DNA of 64,000 bases from Octopus sinensis (GCF_006345805.1 NC_043004.1:27032001-27096000), one strand, 5' to 3'. Numbered from the stretch's first letter, positions 36,721 to 50,088 are shown. Numbers and translations: made by a program. The notes: generated by a model not told the origin, from the letters alone.

Positions 36721-38394
36721 TTGCTGTAATATCAAAGGATTTTGTGTTTTCTTCTTCTATTAATGCACTGGAGGTCATTGCAAAATATGAAAATACTTGT
36801 GAAAATATAAGTGAAAATGTGAAAATCTGGTTATGCTGGAAACTAATTGACCAACTCTCTCTCACACACATACATGCACACATGCTTACTCACACACACA
36901 CACACACACTCAAGCACATACATACAATTCTATAAGCATACATACATTTATATGCTTTAAACACTCGCTAGTGAATGCATTTCAGTGTCTAAATCTATGT
37001 TAGGATGTGACGTGAAGTGTGGGGGGGGGGTGAGTGTGTAAGGAAGGGAGGTAAAAACAGTACGAGAGAAAGAGAGAGACAGATATATTGGAAGAGAGAG
37101 AAAGAGAGAGAGAGAGAAAAAGAGAGAGAAAGAGGGGGGATGTATGCTAAAATTGCAAACAACATTTAGAAATAAGTGTAAAAGTATGTAATGGTAATGA
37201 AATATTTTAGAAAGATAATGATCTTACATGAAATGAAATTATCTTTCTAGCTAGGTCATATTACCTCACAAATCAAATCAGTGAATCAATCTCTTTCACT
37301 CCCTACTGCCCCTCTCTCTCTATATATATGTATGTATATGTCTTTCTATCACTTTCTTTATCACTCATTCTTACCCCCTCTTTCCCTCACACTTCCACTT
37401 TTCTTCTCTCATTTATCTACTCCACTGATTTTTCTATTTATTATAAATTCAAATTCTAGAATTTTCTTCAATGAATTTTGAATTAAAGCGTTATCACTTG
37501 GTTCTGATAGAGCAGACATTGATCAACTATGTTCCAGCCATGACGTGTTTTATATCAGGGACTATAATCTATAGACTTCTTTATTTAAGACAGTAGTGTG
37601 ATTTGAGGGAGATTTGACTGTTATTTCTAGATCATGAAGACTATTTCAAGACTCTATAACCTGTTTGTATAATGGTCCTCTTATTAAGGGGCTAGCCAAA
37701 TATATTAAAAGAGTAGGCCATTAGGACCCAGTTTATGACCAATATTTATGTAATCAATATTAAAGGGAGAAACTAAATACAATATTATGTGTTGCAGGAA
37801 ACATTCTGATGATCAGTTTGTGATAGAAAATATAGACAGTGCCACAGACACAAGCAAGTGTTCTTGAGGAACCAGTAACAACAAGCTTCTGACAGAAGCA
37901 GGTGTTCTATAGTGTAACTAGTAATGGGAAGGCACTGACACAGACAGCTGTGTGTCAACAGTCTGGAGAATTTTGGTTATGGGTTTTTGATTGAGTGAGA
38001 GGATAGATTTGATCACCTACTTAGCTATCATGGATGGACCAGGGGTGAAGTATATTTACTGCCAGTGAGAGTTAGTGTAAATTTGACAGCTCTAACATGT
38101 TTATGTGACTTAGAGTTCCATATAGTTCAGGATGTGAAATATTGTGAGCTCTGTGGGTGTGCAATGGATTGTAATTGATTGATTGATTCTGAATGTGAAG
38201 AAATAGTAATGGCTTTGTAGAGACTGTGGGGTCAAAAATAGATCAAGGGTGTTTGGATTGTCTGTGTGTCAATCAAGTATACACCCTACCAGAAATTGAT
38301 AAGTTATTCACTTAAGAAACAGAAATTTCAAAATAACTGCTGGGAGCCTACTTAAACCATTCTTACAGATTATTAGCTGTCAGGGTCAATATTT

Positions 38395-39034
38395 AGTGAA
38401 GATGGCAAACTGGCAGAAAGAGGGACAAAATGCTTAGATTTACATTCTCAGTTCAAATGCCACTGAGGTTGACATTACCCTTCATCCTTTTGGGGTCAAT
38501 TAAATAAGTATCAGTTGAATAATGGGATCGATGTAATCAACTTCCCCTCCTATAAAATTACAGACCTTGTTTCAATGGCTGACATCTATAAACATTGGTT
38601 TCAAATTTTGGCCCAAGTCAATACATTTGTTGAATTGACATAGTTGATTGAATCAACTGCAATATATATGAATATTCCTTCATAAACGATCCGAAGGTAG
38701 AATAAATTAGTTTGAGAGGAGAAAGACAAGAAGCCAAATGCTTTTGAGCAAAATCCATCATTGGAAAGAGATGATTTCTCCTAGCCTCAAATAGATTGGG
38801 AGCTTATTAAGAGCTTACCATTTAAGGTGGCAAGCTGGCAGAATCATTAGCACACCAGGTAAAATGCTGAGCAACATTTTGTCTATCTTTACATTCTGAG
38901 TTCAAATTCTGCTGAAGTTAACTTTGCCTTTCTTCCTTTTAGATTCGATCAAATAAGTACCAGTTGAATACTGGAGTTGTTGTAATTGACTTACCCTCCA
39001 CCAAAATTGCTGGCCTTGTGCTAAAATTTGAAAC

Positions 39035-39088
<54 letters not shown>

Positions 39089-39260
39089 GGCAGCAAACTA
39101 GGAGAATTAGTGCATTGGACAAAATGCCTCATGTTCTGAGTTCAACTCATGCCTTGCCATGACTTTTGGGGTCACTAAAATATGTACCATTTGATCATTG
39201 GAGGTTGATGCAATCAGCTTACCCTCACCCACTAAAAAGTGCTGCTATTATAATTTAAAG
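38395..39260 (+). mobile_element. Cluster of three co-oriented tRNA-head SINEs
   Basis: Copies start near 38395, 38822 and 39086. Confidence 0.7.
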
Positions 39261-39721
39261 CTATTATTATTATCATCATTATTATTATTATTATTATTGA
39301 GTGAGAGAGCAGTTCATGCCATCAAGGTGACACTGGAATAAAATATACGAAGCCCAATATACCCATCATGACTACCCGTCTGATAAGGGTACACCAGGCA
39401 CATGCATCACAACCATATGTGCGCGACATGGTGATCTCATATCAAGATAAACAGCACATGACCTTGCAGGTGGGGCCCAGTTAGAATTTTCTTCAGGTTG
39501 AGTAGCCCATCCCGCTCAAAAGATCCCTGAATAAGGGTTGTTTAAGGATGTTGAAAGAACCACCCATGTTTCCAGAGGTGAATTATTCAAACACCAAAGA
39601 ATCCCTCTCAACACATGGCTAGATGCACATATTGTCATCCACTAAGGGACATGCTCAATTGGTTAAGGTCAAATAACTGACAAGCAAATCTGTGGTATTG
39701 AGCAGAATATTTGCTGTAGCC

Positions 39722-39768
<47 letters not shown>

Positions 39769-40416
39769 TATTATTATTATTAAGGCAGCAAACTAGGAGA
39801 ATTAGTGCATTGGACAAAATGCCTCATGTTCTGAGTTCAACTCATGCCTTGCCATGACTTTTGGGGTCACTAAAATATGTACCATTTGATCATTGGAGGT
39901 TGATGCAATCAGCTTACCCTCACCCACTAAAAAGTGCTGCTATTATAATTTAAAGCTATTATTATTATCATCATTATTATTATTATTATTATTGAGTGAG
40001 AGAGCAGTTCATGCCATCAAGGTGACACTGGAATAAAATATACGAAGCCCAATATACCCATCATGACTACCCGTCTGATAAGGGTACACCAGGCACATGC
40101 ATCACAACCATATGTGCGCGACATGGTGATCTCATATCAAGATAAACAGCACATGACCTTGCAGGTGGGGCCCAGTTAGAATTTTCTTCAGGTTGAGTAG
40201 CCCATCCCGCTCAAAAGATCCCTGAATAAGGGTTGTTTAAGGATGTTGAAAGAACCACCCATGTTTCCAGAGGTGAATTATTCAAACACCAAAGAATCCC
40301 TCTCAACACATGGCTAGATGCACATATTGTCATCCACTAAGGGACATGCTCAATTGGTTAAGGTCAAATAACTGACAAGCAAATCTGTGGTATTGAGCAG
40401 AATATTTGCTGTAGCC

Positions 40417-40417
<1 letters not shown>
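39086..40417. repeat. Direct tandem duplication, period 695 bp
   Basis: 39086-39722 appears identical to 39781-40417; (ATT)n at all three junctions. Confidence 0.95.
39297..39722 (-). mobile_element. Non-coding interspersed element with (AAT)n tail (second copy 39992-40417)
   Basis: Ends ...CTCTCTCACTC(AAT)n on minus; no ORF; recalled as a common octopus repeat. Confidence 0.55.
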
Positions 40418-40467
<50 letters not shown>

Positions 40468-40479
40468 CATTATCACCAT

Positions 40480-42830
40480 CATCATCAGACAAGACGAAGA
40501 GCATGTTGACACTGCAATAGATAGTTTATTGGTTGAACAATATTTCGACAGCAAGGCTGTCTTTGTCAAGTCCAAAATAAGAAGGGATAAAGATTCAAAA
40601 TTATAGAAATTTAAACATAAAGTATGAACAAGAGCAACCAACATCCATACATTGATGGAATGACATCATCAGTCTTTATGTTTCAATTTTATAACTGGCA
40701 AAAAGAAAAAGACAAGAAAAAGAGGAAAGAAAAAAAGAAAAGGGAAAATAAGAATATTTAATCAGTTTTGTATAAATTTGATACTCCTGACATTTTATTC
40801 ATTCTTCCAGGGTGTGATGTTAATAAACCACAAACATATTTCTTCTTGTGCATTTTGAGAAGTGAAAGTGAAGCAGATTCAGAATATTTTCTGAGAATAT
40901 ACACTTTCAAGTCTTTTTCAAAATTGCAGCCGTTTGAAGTAAAATGTTCGGCAAGTTCTGTCGAACTGTTATTGTGCCTGAAGTCATGTCTGTGCCCATT
41001 GAATCTTTTGTTTAATTGTTCTGTTGTACAGCCAACATAAAACAACTTGTGCTTGATGCATTCTGCCATGTACACCAAATGGAAATCTCTACATATCCCA
41101 CCTTCTGTATAAATCATAACATTTCTATTATGATGCCTGATGGAATTCACTTGACTCATGTTATTGCAAAATAAACAGTTCTTACCTCTCTTGCAGCTGT
41201 TTTTCAAGGTACAGCAGGCAAATACTCCAATGTTCATTTTCTTGGAGTTAGAAATTGTGGTCAATAATTCTCTTATATTCTTATAATGTCTGAAGGCTAT
41301 AATAGGTGGCTGAGGAAATATCTGTTTGAAGCGAGGATATTTTTTTGCCACATGCTGGTAACTTTCATGCAACACTTTTGAAATGCCAGTGAAATTTCAG
41401 TGCCAGTTAATCACTAAAGGAATTCTGTCATCTATTGTATTGTGTTTGCTAAAATTATGCTTGAAGGTTTGACTATCATTGCTATCTTGAAGGTTTGATT
41501 ATCTTTTCATTTGCTATTTCCTTTAATCATGAATCTCTGTAACTGCATTTGACATAATGATGTACAAAAGCATTTGCATGTTTCCAATAATTCTCTATGT
41601 CAATACAAATCCATTTTATCCCCCAAAATTGGGATTTGAGATTTGACCGAATAATACGATGTGGATGATCGGAGTGGCAGTGGAGATAAATGTAGGATGA
41701 CATGGACTTGCAAAATAACTTTGTCAGTATTTTACCTCCAGAAAACATAACTTTTGTGTCCAAAAATTCAACACTAGTTTTTGAAAAACTAGACGTAAAT
41801 TTACATTGGACAAAAGCCGTAGTTTTTTGCATAACTGTCACAGAAATGTAAGAAGTCAATTAAACTATCCTTCCCAGATAAAAAAGACATCATCAATGAA
41901 CTGTGACCAGAGTATTGGTTCATGACCATGAAGGGATTTGAATGTCTTCAGTAACAGTGTCTTGAATTTCGTAATGAAGACATTAGCAAAATTAACTGCC
42001 ACTGGGGTACCCATGGTGCAACCCTTCGTCTGGTGGTAAAATCTTTGTCCAAACTTCATTGTGTTACTTTGTAACACAAACCTCAATAATCTACAGAGAA
42101 AATTTGATGGAATACTTTTGTTTGACCACTTTTCAAAGGCAGCCATGCATGCTTCTACCCTTCATTGTGGTCAATATTGGGATATAAGGAAGAAACATCC
42201 ATGGTTACCAAAAAACACTTCTCGACATGACCTCGGTGCTTAAAAAATTTGATTTTAGACACAAAATCAAAATTATCCTGAATATAGAAATTTGATCTTT
42301 TTGTGACAGAGTAGAAAGCTATCCAGCCATTCCGAAATCTCAGCTGAACCACATTCATATCTGCTGCAAATTGGGTGCATTGGAGGAAATCTTTCAAACT
42401 TTTTGTGTATTTTAGGGAGACCATAAAAATACAAGTGTTCTTTTTTCTGACTGTAAAATTCTGGATTTGGCCTTATTAATGAAATTGTTTTCCTTCATTT
42501 CTAGAATTATTTTGTCAAGTTCCTCTCAGTAATTCTTCAGGTAATTCTTCATATGAAGTTTTGTCATTTAAAACTTCTTTGCAAGCTGAAATATATTCAC
42601 TTTTGTCCATAATTACAATAGCACCTCCCTTATTCACCATTTTTATAACAATAGAATTGTTGTTAGCTAGACGTCGGAGTGCATAACATTGGGAATTTGT
42701 GAGGTCATTCCAGGACTTCTTTCTACTTGTTTTAAAGCTTTCTCTAATGCCTGTCTGACATGATTCAAGAAATTCCAGTAGTGCTTGTGAATGTCCATCC
42801 CAAACTTTATTTTTCTATCTTATTAATCTC
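40480..42830 (-). mobile_element. Near-complete Penelope-like element (N-terminus, RT, GIY-YIG, 3' repeat), decayed
   Basis: NKGGAIVIMDK, TMDVSSLYPNI, GCTMGTPVAVNFAN, QFIDDVF, FLDTKV, YLHCHSDHP, CxxC, YMAEC..FYVGCT..LNKRFNGHRHD. Confidence 0.92.
40533..40575 (-). ncRNA. Type I minimal hammerhead ribozyme with U3:A8 covariant core
   Basis: UUGGAC UUGACAA A GACAGC CUU GCUGUC GAA AUAU U GUUCAA: 6-bp stem I, 6-bp stem II, palindromic stem III. Confidence 0.75.
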
Positions 42831-43016
42831 AATTCCAAAGCATTGTGTAACCATCGCTGCCAAATGTTAGGTGACTAAATAACTTTATATTCCTTTATTA
42901 TGCTAGATATTACAAACAAGGCCGTACTAGAGCATTACCTGTCTTTAAATGAGATCAAGGTTTGAGCAGGTGGCAGTCAAACGACTATTTACATATGTTA
43001 CCCTGTTAATGCTTAA

Positions 43017-43237
43017 CCCTTTCGTTACCAACCCGGCTGAAACCAGCTCTGGCTCTGCAGTACAAATGTCTTGTTTTCATAAGTCATGAATTAAAATCTT
43101 CCACCAAACCTTAGTCACAATTTATGTTCCTAACACTAGCTGAATGATAACTAAGTTATTTTACTAAATTCTTTGTTATGTTTACAGTAATTGAAAGAAA
43201 CACAGAGCATCTCAAAATAAATACAGTAGCGAAAGGG
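43017..43237. mobile_element. piggyBac-type MITE, 221 bp, TTAA TSD
   Basis: TTAA|CCCTTTCGTTAC ... GTAGCGAAAGGG|TTAA. Confidence 0.88.
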
Positions 43238-44877
43238 TTAATGAGGCATATTTTACCAGCTATAAACGTTCGCTGGACTGAATCATCGCACCTTATTAGT
43301 GTGACTGGTCTTTGTGAGTTTTCAGTAGTTACCTAATCTGATGCTAAGCTTAGTGCAAATATCTAATTGCCATACTCGACTAATTACTATGACTTTCAAT
43401 CTCAAGCTACAGAAACTTAACAACAATAAACTTGATTACAAAATCCTGCTGCAACTGATGATTGAAAGGTGAAGTTGATTCCAATGAGAAGTGAACTTAG
43501 TAAAACAAAAGAAGTATAGAGTGTAGTACTGTTCTAATATCTGAATATCTGACATTCCTTCAACTTTACCATGGAATTCCTGTAAAAACGGACATGAACA
43601 TGCAGTGAGCTTCATTGAATAGAGCTTCAACTTCTGGTTAACTGAGTTGGTTCTCTGCTTCCAATTCTTGACTTTGGCTATTTCCTTTCACTGAAGTAAT
43701 TATGAAATATGTGAATATCGTGACAGTCAATACCTTCCGTCAATAAAAAAACAAAAAGAAAAAAAAATTGTACTGCTATTACAAATGGACTTGCAGAATG
43801 CAACAGGAAGCCAACCACTTTACTCTGCTTTCCTTGAAGCTTAGTTGACTGAGATAGTGCAAGCTACAACAGAATCATCGCAAGCTACACTAGTGAATAA
43901 ATAGGTTTTTATAGCTCATATTTTATTTTGATTTTTTTTTTTTTATTGTTGATAAAGAGAAAAATGCCATGTGGAATAAGTGGATTGGAGAACTGTCTAA
44001 GCATTGCTTACTTTCTGAAGAATTCTTTTCACTGCTTATTGTGAAGATATTTTAATATGAAAGAAAATAAATAAATAAATAAGAAACAAAAGAAAAAGTC
44101 AATGATCCAATCAGTTTTGGTGAAGGTAATACTTTAACACACTAAACACACTTCACTTTCTCACTCTCTCATTTCTCTCTTTTACCCTTTCTCTTTCTTT
44201 TTCTTGCTTACTCTTTCTCTCTCAATTCTCACTTTTACCTCCTCTCTCTCTCTCTCTCACACACACACTTTCTAATCTCTCTTTTACACTTAATGTCTTT
44301 TATTCAATGACAAACTTTTTGGAAGTATTATTATTTTTGAGATAAGAGTTTATAATATATATACGCACATACATATGTATGTATTTGTGTGTGTATGTAT
44401 GCATGCATGTCTGTATATATAATTATTTTTTAGAGGGTTGTTGAGGATTGTGGAAGAAAACAACTGAATTAATGAGTGGAATAGATACTTAAATGTACAT
44501 ATGTACATAAATGGCAGTGCTGCTGCATGGCCATAGTTTTTGAGTTGGAATACACAAAGGAATGTGTGCATAAATGTGTGTGAGTGTCAGTGTGAATCTA
44601 TGCATATATATATGTATTTATATTTGTATTTGTATATGTATGTATTTACGTCTGAGCCTGTATATACACATGTGTATGTATTGTATATACAAAAACAACT
44701 ACTTATATTCTATTTTCCAATGTTGGTGATTCGCCTCATTGTAATTGCATTCATTCAAGTGACAACAGATACGTAAACGCATAAAAATGTAGACATGTTG
44801 ATAGGTTGATATGGAGATAATATATATGTAGACAATGTATATGTAATCCCCTATGCTTGAATACAACTCACATTTAA

Positions 44878-45098
44878 CCATTTAGTGTTCGCATTATTCT
44901 GCCCAAATTAATCCTTTTTTATCCACATTGTTTTGAACTAATCATGCATTATCTTGTAGTTATGAGATTTCAATGAGGTAGCTGTTAATTTTTAAAACGA
45001 TATTGTAGGGTTGGTGTGAGAGACCAGATCCGGCCAGTTTGAACATAAAACAGGCAGAATACTTTTGGCTGGATATGACTGGTTTAAATGCTAAAGGG
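44878..45098. mobile_element. piggyBac-type MITE, 221 bp, TTAA TSD (second family)
   Basis: TTAA|CCATTTAG ... CTAAAGGG|TTAA. Confidence 0.78.
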
Positions 45099-45604
45099 TT
45101 AAGCTTGCTATCTTCTTCTTCCCCCAACAGACTCGTATTTGTCCTATGTCTCCCCATTTACTGGCTCTTCCCACTGCCTTTTCTTTTTACACCATGTGCA
45201 TTATGTCTAGCTTTTTACCTGTTCATTAAAGTTATTTTTACTTTGTGGAATTTGTCAGCTTCTTCATAATTGCTATTGCTTCTCCTTCATGGAGTTAATT
45301 AGCTTGTTACCTCCATCTGATCATTCTGCTGGCTTCCCTTCACATTTTCCATTGATGTATAATTTTTAACAATTTCTTTTACTTTTTTTCTTTTCACAGA
45401 ATCCATATATTTTCCTCTTTTTTAAAAAAAATTTTAGTTTAAAGCTTAATTCTTAGTTACTCTCTCATATACTTTCACACCCTCATATACTTTTGTTATA
45501 CATTTGCACACATATCAATAACATATTCCACATTACTCTTCCCATCACATATACTCCATGAATATCTTTATTTTCCTACACTCACACATGCTTTCTCCGC
45601 AATT

Positions 45605-46534
45605 TTGTAGCAGTAACGAGAGTCTTGAAGAGGATAAGCATAGTGGTCAGCTATCTGATGTTGACAATGATCAACTAAAAGCCTTAGTGGAAACCAATCC
45701 AGGCACATCTGTTCGAGAGCTTGCTTCTAAATTAGACATAACATATACAACAATTTCCAACCACTTGAAAAAGATTGGAAGAATACTTGAGAAATGGGTG
45801 CCGCATGAATTGAACGCCAACCAAAAACAATGCCCTTTTGAAGTGTCGCCTTCCCTTATTTTATGCAACAAGAACGACCTGTTTCTCGACCAGATTGTGA
45901 CTTGCGATGAAAAGTGGATTCTTTATGACAACTGGTGATGCTCAGCTCAGAGGTTGGACACTGACAAAGCTCCACAGCACTTCTCAAAGCCAAAGTTGTA
46001 ACAAAAGAAGGTCATGGTGACTATTTGGTGGTCTGCAGCTGGTCTCATCCATCACAGCTTTTTGGATCCAGGTGAAACCATTACGGTGAAGAAGTACTGT
46101 CAGCAAATGAATGAAATGCATAAGAAACTCCGTCAGCAACAGCCAGCATTGGTCAATAGAAAAGGACCAATTCTTCTCCACGACAAAGCTCAGCCACATG
46201 TCGCACAACTGACCCTGCAGAAGTTGAACGAATTGGGCTACGAACCTCTGCTTTATCTTCCATACTCAACAGACCTCTCGCCTACTGACTACCACTTTTT
46301 CAAGCATCTCAACAATTTCCTGCGTGAGAAATGCTTCAAAAACCAAGACAACACCAAACACGCCTTCAGTACCTTCATTGCAACCAGAATGTAGGATTTT
46401 TATGCTACTGGCATAAATAAACTTGTTTCACATTCTCATGGTGTTCATTTTGATTAATAAAGTTTTGTTTGAGCTGAGAAATGTGCATCTGAATTTAAAG
46501 GTTAAAAACTGCAAGAACTTTCTTGACAACCTAA
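45605..46534 (+). mobile_element. mariner (HSMAR1/cecropia-like), 5'-truncated pseudogene
   Basis: KWVPHEL, IVTCDEKW, HDKAQPH, YSTDLSPTDYHFF; right TIR ...CAACCTAA|TA. Confidence 0.92.
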
Positions 46535-47416
46535 TAATTACCATTCTGCTCTGGAATGGTAGTACCTGCTAGGATCCCATCTATTGGTTAAATAGATTTC
46601 CCAAGGGTAGAGAAGGCTTCCATCATTTTAGTCAAAGCTGTGGGGAAGGAAGCTCATCTAGGAGAAAGATATTCTGACATAAAACTGGCAGTCAAAATAG
46701 TAGCAGTCATCTTGCAAAGATTGTTACTAGAACCTATTATGGCATTTAAGAAGCTTTTGTCATTTAATTCCATTGGCATTTTGTACTTTATAAAGTTCTA
46801 TAGAGATGGATGCATGGTATAAAAAGTCATATCCGTGCACATACAGGGATGAGAGTAAATCAGGACAATCAGACTGAATGTAAGGCAGCTTAAATGTTTC
46901 TTACTTTCCATTTGTAAATAATTTTCGCTATTATATCATTTTTATATATATTGATAGTTATAAGTTAAGATAGATATTAACTATTATATCTATTTATTTA
47001 GATTTTCTTTTATAAAAGGATCTAACGTTTTACATTTGAGAATTAATTTTGTTAGACAATATATTATTTAATTATTAGGTAGTAAATTTATTAAGTAGTA
47101 TTAAATTTAAGATAATTAGGTATTATATTAATTGATATTCAGTCAATTATATTATAGAGTGATATATTAAATCTATAGATACTACACATATATAGTTAGC
47201 TTATTTAATGAGTTTGTCTATATTTGAACCATTTCTTATTTTGATTACAATATTAATTGCTTGTACAAGCATTGAGTATATTAATTAATTTTAAAGTATT
47301 GAATAATTTAAATATTGTTTGTAGTTTTCACTTAATGTATATTTAGTATCTTATATATATATATTTTTTTAAAGTATATTTATTGATTAATTATTTTATT
47401 ATTCTAGTTTATTTTT

Positions 47417-47522
47417 AACCTGATGAGTGGCTATATTTATATCGAAGTGATTTTACTACTACTATTAATTAATCTTTTTACTATAATCCTTTCTTAAATA
47501 TAGCCATGAAACACATGTTGTT
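47417..47522 (+). ncRNA. Hammerhead ribozyme motif with 13-bp stem II and large loop
   Basis: AAC CUGAUGA GUGGCUAUAUUUA [55 nt] UAAAUAUAGCCAU GAA ACACAUGU U GUU. Confidence 0.7.
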
Positions 47523-47702
47523 TATTCTACCAAATATATACGTTTTTATCATTTTTTTACAATTTACTTAATCTTTGGTATATTATTGTTATTTCAATTT
47601 TAATATTTCTATTATATGTAATTTTCTAGATGGTGTATTTAATTGTTCATTTTGAATTGATAAAAGGTGTTTTTTTTCTAATTTTTATATAAATTATATA
47701 TA

Positions 47703-47755
<53 letters not shown>

Positions 47756-48841
47756 ACTGGAGTAATAATGATGAACATATACTTGTTAAATATTCTCTCC
47801 AAACACAGTCCTAAGTTTCTGGCTTAATCATGGAAATATACGAAATGAAGTTATCTCATCATTCATCAAAATGAAGAAGTAGTAGTTATAAAAGAACTTA
47901 CAAACAGTGCCTTGTAATTGGAAAATGACAGAAAGAGCCAGAATTTGAGAAGCCCATTATGTTTGTTTGTTTGTTTTTCGTTTTTACATTCTGTAGAGCT
48001 GTAATAGTTTAAAATAGCATTTAAAACAATTTTAAATTATATTCTGAAAATGAGTACCATGACAATGGCTACTGATTTACGTACAATGCCTGCAATTCTT
48101 CGGGGAAAGAGTTACTCCTCATCATCATCGTTTAACGTCCGCTTTCCATGCTAGCATGGGTTGGACGAATGAGTCAGGGCTGGCAAACCAGATGGCTCTA
48201 CCAGTCTTCAATCTTGATCTGGCAGGGTTCCTAGGGTTGGATGCCCTTCCTAATGCCAAATACTCCGAGATACTATTAAATCCATACTTGACTGATACTC
48301 TACTTTATCAAACTTAAATTGATGATAGGTAAAGCTGACCTCAGTAGAATTACAAAGTTATTAGACATAATACCACATAAATATGAAGAAAAAACTTTTC
48401 ATAGAAATTGCTTTTGTTGGGGGCTTGACAAAAAGGAAAAGTGTTTATTGAACTAAAACGAATGGATACTAGAAAATAAAAACGTTGAAATACACATATA
48501 CATATGTTACATATTTTCTCTTGACACAACCGATGTATTTTGTCATTGTCAGTGGAATCAAACACAGGCAGTCATAAAAGAATCTACTGTTTATGTGAAA
48601 CCAAAATAGAATAAGTGGAAAGTGGCATGAGAAGCCTACTACAGCAATGTTTCTTTGTGAAAGAAAGAACTTTATAGAGTACTTCAATAAACCAAAATTA
48701 AATATTAGAAAAAAATGAGTTACAATAATAATATTAGATATACGAAAGAAATCATACTTTTGGGACTGTGTACTCTTGATGAAAAAGAAGATACAGTTAA
48801 AAAGGGAAAACAATCCTACCGCTCCACCTATAACCATATTC

Positions 48842-49254
48842 GGATCTTTTCGGTTTGAACGGCAGTTTTTTCTAGCGGTGTCATATGAAATTGTCACCCA
48901 TAATTATGACCCTAGTATCGATCATTTCAATTTATTTTAGGGTTAGGGTTAGGGGTGGGGGGAAGGGTATCTTTTTTTTTCTTCACAAATGTAAATAAAC
49001 CCAATCTGTTTCTTAAACAAGGGACATATTCATACGGCACAGAATGTTTTTTACTTCAATAGACATCAGTGATTGGTTGAAATTGCAGAAATTGAAGAAA
49101 AAACAACAACAAATATCTTACAAACTATAGAGTTTTCACAATAAAGCCAAGAGAAAAAGATGTTTTATAAACACATTCTACCAGTATACGAAGTTTAAAT
49201 TTTTTAGTTACCTAGAAATTATGTTAAAAACTGCCATTCAAATCGAAAGGATCC
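48842..49254. mobile_element. MITE with about 29-bp TIRs and 8-bp TSD (Merlin-like), contains TTAGGG repeats
   Basis: CCATATTC at 48834-48841 and 49255-49262; TIR GGATCTTTTCGGTTTGAACGGCAGTTTTT vs GGATCCTTTCGATTTGAATGGCAGTTTTT. Confidence 0.88.
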
Positions 49255-49662
49255 CCATATTCTTCATTTTTTTCAATAGATCCACTATAAAATATTTTCT
49301 ACTGTAATTCCATTGAAGAGAAGAAGCTGAAAGAATCAAGGAAGAAGTTAAAATACCGGAAGCAACCATTTCTAAAGAGTGGTAGAACATGTTTACCAGC
49401 TCCCTAGCTATGGCATTTATAGCAACCAAAAGTTACAACTAAAATATAAACTATTCTGAAAGTTTTAGAAGGGAAGCAAAAATCAAACAACAATAAAAAT
49501 AAACATTGAACAACTGTCAAATAGAATTTATGATAGAGTATCGATGAAACTTCACTGGATAAGGGCATAGAAATTGAAATTAATGGTATCTTTTTGTGGA
49601 AATACTTCTTTATATGTATATATATGTACATATATCAGTGTGTATACATATATTTGTGTGTA

Positions 49663-49695
<33 letters not shown>

Positions 49696-49900
49696 TGTGT
49701 GTGTGTGTGTGTGTGTCTGTATGTGTGTCTGTGTGTCTATATATGTATATATATATAACGGTCTTTTTTCACAGCGTTTTTCAGATGGCCAGATAACCGA
49801 AGAGATGGTGTTGTGGTTTTCCACCCTGGCATCCGAAACTCAAAGTTTTATCTTGGCTATTGAATAATTGTCACATATTATTTTACAGATATATATATAT

Positions 49901-49931
<31 letters not shown>

Positions 49932-50057
49932 GTGTGTGTATTTATATATTTATATATGTGTGTGTATGTATATATGTAGACATAAGTGTTTATATATATA
50001 ATATATACATGCATACATATATACATACATACATATACACATACATACATACATACA

Positions 50058-50088
<31 letters not shown>

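Noticed and set aside
39500-39722. HDV-like ribozyme at the 5' end of the (AAT)n-tailed element
   Set aside because: Could not build the nested double pseudoknot by eye; needs a descriptor search.
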